Below, one piece after another: positions 56,230 to 64,000 of a stretch of DNA of 64,000 bases. The DNA comes from Microbotryum violaceum (Eukaryota), in the NCBI GenBank assembly GCA_001244265.2, contig CDLV01000008.1, positions 1,860,001 through 1,924,000 on the forward strand, given 5' to 3'. A program made the position numbers and the translations under genes. Position 1 is the stretch's first letter; the number at the start of each line of letters is the position of its first letter. The notes under the pieces are model-generated. The model did not search any database and was not told the origin of the DNA. It saw nothing but the letters and a program-made list of their open reading frames with translations.

Positions 56230-58534
56230 CCAGTGGGAACCCGTTAAATTAACGGGAGGATCAAATTCAAAAGAAAAGCAGGATAATCGAACAATCTACA
56301 TGATATCAGCAGAGGTTAAGAAAACACGATACGAAATACAGCAAAGAAACAAAATCCATTCATCTTACATTCATCGCTGAAACAGCCTGCATGTCGCTTG
56401 TTGCCGGACTTGGCTTCAAACACTCGTGCAATGAGATCCGGACGGTTGCATGCTTTATCGGCCCCAGTGCAGCCTTGATTTCCGGTGAGTCGGGTTCGTA
56501 CGTCATCGTGATGAGCAGCGGAGGCTTTCCATGTTTGACAACGCACGCCATCACATCCTGGTATCGCTGCGTGATGTCGCAATTTGATTCGGGGTCAAGC
56601 CTGAGTCAGTCGGTCTTGACTTGGGAGTACATCCGTAAATCACAAACTCCAGGAAGCGACGTTGGTTGCAATGCGGGATTGAGAAGTACTCGTCGCGTTT
56701 GGCAAGTAGTGTGCAAAGAATTGTGAACGCGAGACTCAACACCTCGACCCCTTTACTTGACCTGCGTCCTAGGTGTTCAAAAGTTCAATGTCAGTCTGTG
56801 CTTGCGCCTTAGACAGAATGGAGCCTCAGAGAAAGACCCGAAGACGCATACGTTCGCCATCACCATCCTCTTCGTCCCCTTCCTCGCCGTCTTCATTCTC
56901 ATTGTCGCGGTCTTTGTCTTCCTGTTCGTCTTCGTCATCCAGACCAAGACCGGCAAGTACCTCGCGCAATTGGACACCATTGTCGATCTGCTCTCGGTTT
57001 CTGGCGACTGGCGGCCCGGCTTGGTGGAACCCGCAAAGAGGAATGTTGGGGTGGAAGCCATCCTCCCCTGCAGGAAAAAGTAGTGGGTAACGGAGAGGCA
57101 TCGCGGACGGATGGAGCGATCTAACGACTTGGTACTTGGGCCGACCATCGGGACATCGATCATCGTGCACCTGGAGAATAAGGTCTTGCGGTCCACGATC
57201 TCCCGTGTTGGTGTCGGAATCGCAGATAAGCATCGCCGTTTCCGAGCTTGACGTAGGAAGGTTGTGGGTGCGTCGGTCTCGGCCTGGTGGCAGACAGAGG
57301 CGCAGGACCCACTCTTTGGCTGTATCCCAACCCGCGCGGCCTTTGGCCGATGCGAACTCCCTCACAAAGCAATTGCCGGTGCGCAACATGGACTCGAGCT
57401 TGGTCAGCGTTGATCTTTGTATGCGAGTCTCTGCGCTGTCGGGTCCTTGAAGTCGGGTGTTGGTGGCCTCGGCCGGGTCGATCAGCCATGTCTGGGCAAA
57501 GGCTGGGCATTGATTCACGGCAGGGATCAGGGCGCCGAGTCGATGGTAGAGGCGACCAAACACGCGAAACACGGGGGGTCCTAGTTCCCAATGCCGAGCC
57601 TTGCAGTGGGTGCACACGGCCGTCTGCGGGCCGAGGTCGTCGCGGATCGAAACGTGGGCTTGAGGGGTTTGAGCGCGATTCGAGCCCGGCGCACTCGCCT
57701 TTGCGGAGGTGGTTGGTGGGGCGAGCCCAGCGTCGAGTTGGCCATCGCCCTGACCACGGCGGGCTCGCATACGTGTCGCAATGCCAAGATCGGTTGAATT
57801 GTTGTCATGACGCGCCGGGGGGCTGATTCTGTTGATCGGAGCGGGACGAAGAGGAGGGTCGAGCCGCGGGGCGCCCAGCAGCGGGCGCTCGAGCAGGCCC
57901 ATGGCAGCCCGTGGTACGGCGCTACCCTCGCGCCCAAGACTTGGCGAGGTTGCGATGGCCCTCCCTGAGTTCCTGGCGACCTTGGGACCGGGACATAGCA
58001 GCGAGGGTTTGTTCTTGAATGAGTGTCACTAAAATTGGATGAGAGTGAGAGGGAGAAAGGAAAGGTTCGAGGGAGTGGCGCAGGATTATTTACGTGGTTT
58101 GATTTGTTGTTCAGCCCCTAATGCCGCTGGTCGACTGCCGGAATGACACTCCACCGCCGGCGCACCGCATCACGTGACAAACGCCAGCCCTCGCCTCGCG
58201 CGTCAGGCAGAGCTCTGCTGTAGAAGCGATATCATGCAAAGCCACGCGCTTGCGGTTCATTAAATACCATATGAGTGGAAGCATTGTTTTATGTCAGCGA
58301 AAAAAAGAAGGAAGATACTGGAGCGCTGTAGCTTCGTTGGAACGGCGCGGAAAATACAAAAGTCACCACAGGGCTTGTACACGACTTTTGATCGGAACCC
58401 AGACACCACAGGCAGGTGCGGCAGACACAACAGTATGCTGGTACATCCACCACAGGCGGCCCTCCGGGCCGCAACCTAGTTAAAAACAGCGATTTTAGGT
58501 ACATTCCTTAACGCACCTTTGTTTTAAAAACAGG
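56230..58534 (-). mobile_element. Non-autonomous Helitron derivative, copy 3
   Basis: RepHel N-terminal motifs including CTHCKARHWE and ACVVKHGKPPLLITMT. 3' hairpin CCCGTT-AATTT-AACGGG then CTGG|T. 5' end A|CCTG. Confidence 0.87.
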
Positions 58535-59475
58535 TAGTATAAAGAGATAGTAAGATGGCAATGTCGTGTGTCGACCTCAGCCCCTATGTTTAGATGCTTG
58601 TTCGGGTGTCCATCAGTTCAACAAAAACATCCATTTAAATAGAGCTCTATAAGATTATGTGTGCGACACGCGAGGGGAAATTCAAGCTGCCGGCCGTGCG
58701 CCCATCACGGTCGGCAATGCACGTCATGAGAACAGTTCGAGCTGACCTGCTCAGCAAATCTCTTACATCGAGAGGATATGACCAGAATGGTACCGCTGGA
58801 CTTTCAGACCGGCTGGTTGCTCTGTAGCAAACAAAAGAGGCATGCTGTCAGCTGGGCGAGACCGGTGGCTTTGCTTAAAAGAAAGTCGATGCGGATTATA
58901 AAGCGAACGCGCCGAACACTCAGATACCGTTGTTAGAATGAATTCGTCACTCGACTTCGTCGCCAAACGAAGAGCGTAGGACAGTGTGAATAGTTCTGTC
59001 ATCATAGTGCGCGGTCGTCGTCCACTTTGGAGCGCAGAAAGCCCAGAGGTGGGTGGTTCCAGATTGGGATAAGGCGGAGGGTCGGGGAAGTCCGTTTATT
59101 TACGGATAGAAGAGGCAAGAAACTTACCAGTGCTGATTGAAACCCCGGAAAAAGCGCGAATACAAGACAGAGAAAGAAGCAGGATGGGGGAGGGAGCAGG
59201 ATCGCAGGAGGGCAACCACGCCGCGCCGAAAGGAAAAATAAAATTAGAGCCGCCGCAGGGGGGGGGGGGGGGTCGACATCCCACGAAAAGCAGGAACGTT
59301 GTACATCCGGAGCTCGGATCGGGTTCGAACAGAGTATCAGGTGGGGCGGAGCGTTCCCTCTTCGCCAGGCAGCAACTGGGTTGACGGTGGAGGCACAGAG
59401 AAAAGCGCACGATCAGCGATCCTTGTTGCGAAGTGGCTCACGCGTCTGGGACATTTGTGGTTTTTGTTTTGTTTT

Positions 59476-59593
59476 GTTTTGTCCAGACCTGGCGGAAGCA
59501 ATAGGCGCGCGTTTCTTTTTGTCCATAGTTCTTTTTTGTCGTAGACAGTACCGGTGGGCCCTCGAGCAGCCTTCCGTACAGATTTGTAAGTTT
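59476..59593 (+). repeat. Short dispersed repeat, copy B, ~160 bp upstream of CWH43
   Basis: Collinear similarity to 41160-41303. Confidence 0.75.
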
Positions 59594-59749
59594 ATCCCAC
59601 TAGCCCCAGCTTCGAGCTCGGTCTCCCGCAAAGCGTCGTTTTTAGTGTTCCCGAGTCCCCTTGCTTTTTATCACTCAAACGCCAACTCCACCTTCTGGCG
59701 ACGCCAACCTCGAGTGTCATTTTCGGCGGGCAGAAGTAGGTAGCTCGCC

Positions 59750-62700
59750 ATGGAAGCGTCCAAACGGTCTGATGTTCAGCCGAAACTCGTTGCATCGGTC
59801 AGTCACCAGCTTCCCTAGGCCTCGGAGGGAGATCGGCGCGAACTCGGATCACACGCGTGTGCCGAGTTGCTGCTGACACAGACGGCGGCGCGCTGGTTCA
59901 ACGTGCGTTTCAGGCCCCGGCCGTCCTCGTAGCCCGTCTACAGACCTTCCTGTCCTGTTGTACGTACCCATGGGCCCTATGCAACATTTTTGCTTTCGGC
60001 TGACCTCTCGTGGCTGCTCTTGCTTGCCTGCGCTGCAGTCGCTTTTGCTCTCGCGCTCGGCATAGGCTCGGCTTTGCATTTCCAGAGGATTGTGAAGAAC
60101 CAGGCAGGTCACGCCTACACCGTTGACCCCTTCACAAGAGTTTGGTGCTGACCTTCGGGACCTTCCCCTGCTCTAATCCTCTGTAGTGGTATACCTGGCC
60201 CCAAGAATGGTGGCCCTCCGTCTCGGCGTAAGCGCCCCTCTGCAAAGCAGAGCCGCCGAGGCTCGGAATGGCTTTGTACGAAGAGCGGATCCCCGCTCGG
60301 GTTCATTCCTAAACTGCCGTTCCGGAGCGGGACGGCACGTGATCACGTGATATGCTAACCCCTCCAACACCTTGGCATTGACAGCACGATCGGCGATTGG
60401 TACCCAGAGAGGAACCTTTTTCAACTCGTGATTGCCATCGTATCAGGTAAGCTCAGCCTGACCTGGGTCAAGTTTACGGCTCCAGGAAACCTCGTGCTAA
60501 CCTGGATGAGCGAACAATTCTTCGATTACTACCACCAGGTCCGCGGTTCGCGATGATCGGAATAGCGTACCTCTTGGCTCGCGCCCCGGGGACCTCTCTC
60601 CCTGGCTTCGTCGCCTGGTGCGGCTTTTTGCGGACCCTGCTGTGCGGTGGCTGGGTTTTCATCACAAGCTCGGACCAAGGCGACATGCACGATGCGCTCA
60701 TGATCAGGTACGAGGACGAGGAGGTGGCTGCGACGCTGTTCGTACTGACCCTCAAAAACTCAATGCTGTCCAGCTACATTGTGATGAATATACCGTGGAT
60801 GCTGGGCACGCTGCACTTTACGTCCCCCACGAACCCGACGGCTCAGCGGTGGAGGATGATAACCGGAACACTATTTTTTGCCTCGCTCGTGCCCCTTGTC
60901 TACTACTACATCCAACACAAAGTCCATCGCCTCCCTGGAGGTAAAAACGCGCAGGGTCTGGTAGTGGCGGCGTCCTGCCGCCTGAATGGCGGAAACTGAT
61001 CGAAGCGCTCGTCACCTACCCTCTGACTCGCAGCCTACTCCAAGTACGCACTTTTTGAATGGAGTCTGATCCTCTTGGATGTCGCTTTCGATGCGGTCTC
61101 GATCCTGGACGTTGCGAGACTCGAGATTAAGATCGTTGACAACGGAGTCAACGCACCCGCGGCACGGTACGTGCAATGCACCGTCCGGCTCCCCATGGCG
61201 GCCGGCAACACCAAGCTCACTCGCTCAGTCTTTTTGTCGTGCACAGCCCTTACCTGGCCCCGCCTATCCCGAGTGTTCATACACGAAAACCGCCCGCGAT
61301 TGAACAATGGTACAATTGGTTCGATGAGCGAACGTCGGACACGCGTCTATTTTTGGCCCACTCGTACCTCGGTGAGTCTCGAGACGTTTCGCTTGGGTAT
61401 CGGGGCCCAGGAATTAGTGCATTGCTCGGTACCAACGGAACATTATTTACCCCTCACCCACAGCCTTTGTTTTCTGGTCGAATTTGACCGTCTTGCCCAG
61501 CATGATCTTTTACTCGTCCGTGTGGTCGATGGGGTCAGTCCTTGCACCCGGAATACTCTCGAAACAAAAGCGGCGGGGCCGAGATCGCTGGCTGATGCGC
61601 TACACTCTATGAATCACAGCTTGTCGGGCGAAGAGGTGCTCCTATTTGTGTCCCTGTCACCCGCCCTCCTCTCGATCCGGCGACTCCGTGAGCTCGTGAT
61701 CGGCCACCAAACACTCTTTCACTTGGTCACGTTGATCGGACTGGCCGCCTATCAGATCGACGACGAGGGCGAGGTACGCCTACGAGTCCTGGCCTTTGCG
61801 GTCGGCGTGGGGTGCCTGCTGTACACCGCCAACTGGTGGGAGGCCCGAGCCCACAAGGCGGAGCTGCAATACCGCACCGTGTCAGTGATTTTCACTGGTC
61901 TCGTGCACCCCCCCTACCTACTCCACAAGCCGAGGAAACGCGCTGACTCTCTCTCTTCCCCTGGGTCCGGCCATGCGGGTAGTACCTTTGGTGTAGGGCT
62001 CATCTTGACCTTACTTCTGCGCTTCGCCAACTTTTCCCTCAACCCCGTATGGCCGATCATGAGCGACAAGACCGGTCCAACGGCGAACGGAGGCCACAAC
62101 TTACTCGGTCTCGTGCTTGGTCTCGCTTCAGTGGTCGAACTGGCCAAGCACAACCTGCCGCGGCTCGCACCTCCGACACTGATTGTACGGCGCTCGTATG
62201 CTTCCTTCGTATTTGCGGCGTTCGCGGCAGGAGGCCTGTTCTTCCTCCTGCACCTGCTCTACACTGATTCCGGTACGATCATTGCTTGGTCGTGGGAGGG
62301 GTACCCCGTGCGGGGCCCCATGGCGATGCCGCACGGGCTGTGGATCATCCTGGCCTGCTCCGTTGGGCTCGCCGCCGCACATCTGTCGTTCGTCACCCGC
62401 GCCCCGTGGTTTCTCGTCGCTTGCTTCGGCTGCAGCGTGCTCTACCTACGAAAAGGATGGACTGCTTTCCTTGGCGGGTCCGTCCTGGGAATCTGGGCCT
62501 TTTCCGTCATGCCCGCGTTCATCGGGCTGGCCGTCGAGAATGCCGCGACCCCGGGCCCGGTCTTCTTCTTCGCCTTCTTGATCTACGGCGTTCTCGAGCT
62601 CGCGGCGACGTGGACGGTTGCCTACGCCTTCGTGCCGGGCGGTCCCTTGTTGCGCGAAAGGACCGACCTCGTGCTGGTCGCGATGATGGCGTGCCTCGCT

Positions 62701-64000
62701 CTCGGGATCGTCGAGCTCAGCATCCGCCCGCGCGCCGGCCCGGACAGTGCTGCCCGAGTCTCGGCGGATCAGCCGCCGATGGCGAGGTCGCGACAAGAGT
62801 TCCACGCCAGATTGAGGAGTGTGTTGGTCATCGGGCTTGCCGTTGGCACGCTCGTGATTCAATACCGGTCGCAACTCGTGGCCCCCAGCCCTCATCGTCC
62901 CGACTCAAGGCTGATCACGGCGGGTATCTGGACGGTGCACTTTGCGAGTACGTCGTAGTGAGGGCGGCGGCGTGGTACATCCTCGAGTTGTAGCCAAACC
63001 CTTATCTAACCACAAACAAACTCCTTGGCGGCTGCTCTTTCTTCGTCGTCAGTGGACGGAAAGTGAGTGACGGGCTGGCCCGCGATTCGGCACAGCCAGC
63101 CCGCTGGATTCTCACTCACGCGCTCGTGCCTGCAGGATGTGGGAGTCCCAACGACGCATGGCCGCTATCATTCGCGACGCCCAACTCGATGTCGTGGGGT
63201 TGCTCGAATCCGATGTCCAGCGACTCGTCGGAGGTAACCGCGAAATGACGCAATACATTGCGTCGGAGCTCAACATGTATGCCGACATCGGCCCTTCGCC
63301 TTCCGGGCACACGTGGGGCTGTGCCCTGTTGTCCAAGTTCCCTATCCTCAACTCGACCCACCATCTTTTGCCCTCGCCGGCGGGAGAGCTCGCCCCCGCG
63401 ATCCATGCGACGCTCCTTGTTTACGACACCCTCATCGACATTGTCGTCGCGCACAACGGCCAGGAGGAGGATTCGTTGGATCGCGAACTGCAGAGCAAGG
63501 AGCTGGGCAGGATTATGAGCGAGGCCTGGCCTCGGCCGGTAATTTTCCTCGGTAAGTCTTCCCTGCCCTCCCCCTCTACTTTTTTTGTTTTGGTTCGGCG
63601 CCAAAAAATATATCCCGGGATACTGATCATGCTCGCTTCTGAAAAACTCATCCCAGGGTACGTCGTTACCCTCCCCCACGCCGCGAAGCCGGCACCTTAC
63701 CGCTACCTCGTCGAGGACGGTCGCATGCTCGATGTCGACCCCACAGACATGGATCGCTGGTGCCAGTATATCCTCTTCCGCAATCTCGAACGAGTTGCCT
63801 ACGCGCGCTTGAATCGAGGCTCGAATCCGGCCATCACTGATACCGAACTCCAGCTGGCCAAGTTCGTCGTGCCGGACAACACGTCGCATCTGCTGGACCC
63901 CACGGATTCGGAGAAGCCCATCGACAACACTCGAGCGAGGAGAGTGACCCAGCTCAAAATACCCGACCAGCATCGATTTCCCGACATGTTCTACGGCGAA
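59750..64000 (+). CDS. CWH43: CWH43 (GPI lipid-remodelling; Frag1/PGAP2-like TM domain plus C-terminal phosphodiesterase-like domain); runs off the window end
   Basis: LHFQRIVKNQ-WYTWPQEWWPSVSA, TIGDWYPERN, GPRF, GGWVFITSSD..DMHD, WTVAYAFVPGGPLLRERTD, ITAGIWTVHF, HTWGCALLSKFPI, ELAPAIHATL and HNGQEEDSLDRELQS. Confidence 0.95.

Noticed and set aside
58688-58716. 11-bp GC-rich hairpin near Helitron copy 3
   Set aside because: No CTRR terminus at the expected distance; too short to interpret alone.
59849-60306. Minus-strand TCLVLHN resembling a Harbinger transposase C-terminal motif
   Set aside because: It is the antisense of CWH43 exons (LHFQRIVKNQ); coincidental.

Overview
Eukaryotic, intron-rich fungal genomic DNA; the gene content suggests a basidiomycete, probably Pucciniomycotina/Microbotryomycetes (inference). 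The first ~29 kb is ordinary housekeeping sequence: intron-containing tRNA-Thr(UGU), a Clr2-like silencing factor, pericentrin/Pcp1, two hypothetical genes, SMC1, a HAD-IIA phosphatase and a THEM6-like thioesterase. From ~29.5 kb onward, genes (MP88-like secreted protein, O-fucosyltransferase-like, HINT3-like, Rad26/ATRIP-like, CWH43) are mixed with mobile-element debris. The debris includes three deletion-derivative Helitrons with apparently non-canonical 5'-CC ends, two mini-Helitrons, two related solo-LTR-like sequences, a PIF/Harbinger remnant and several pseudogenes. The most striking unexplained structure is a 107-bp near-perfect fold-back (54650-54912) inside a decayed membrane-protein gene. 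It sits just downstream of a TATA-bearing solo-LTR-like element and is a candidate LTR-driven hairpin/siRNA locus. Also notable are an apparent CUG start for the HINT3-like gene and an intron-split ATG for pericentrin. All calls come from reading the sequence by eye; exon boundaries are partly inferred and no database searches were run.
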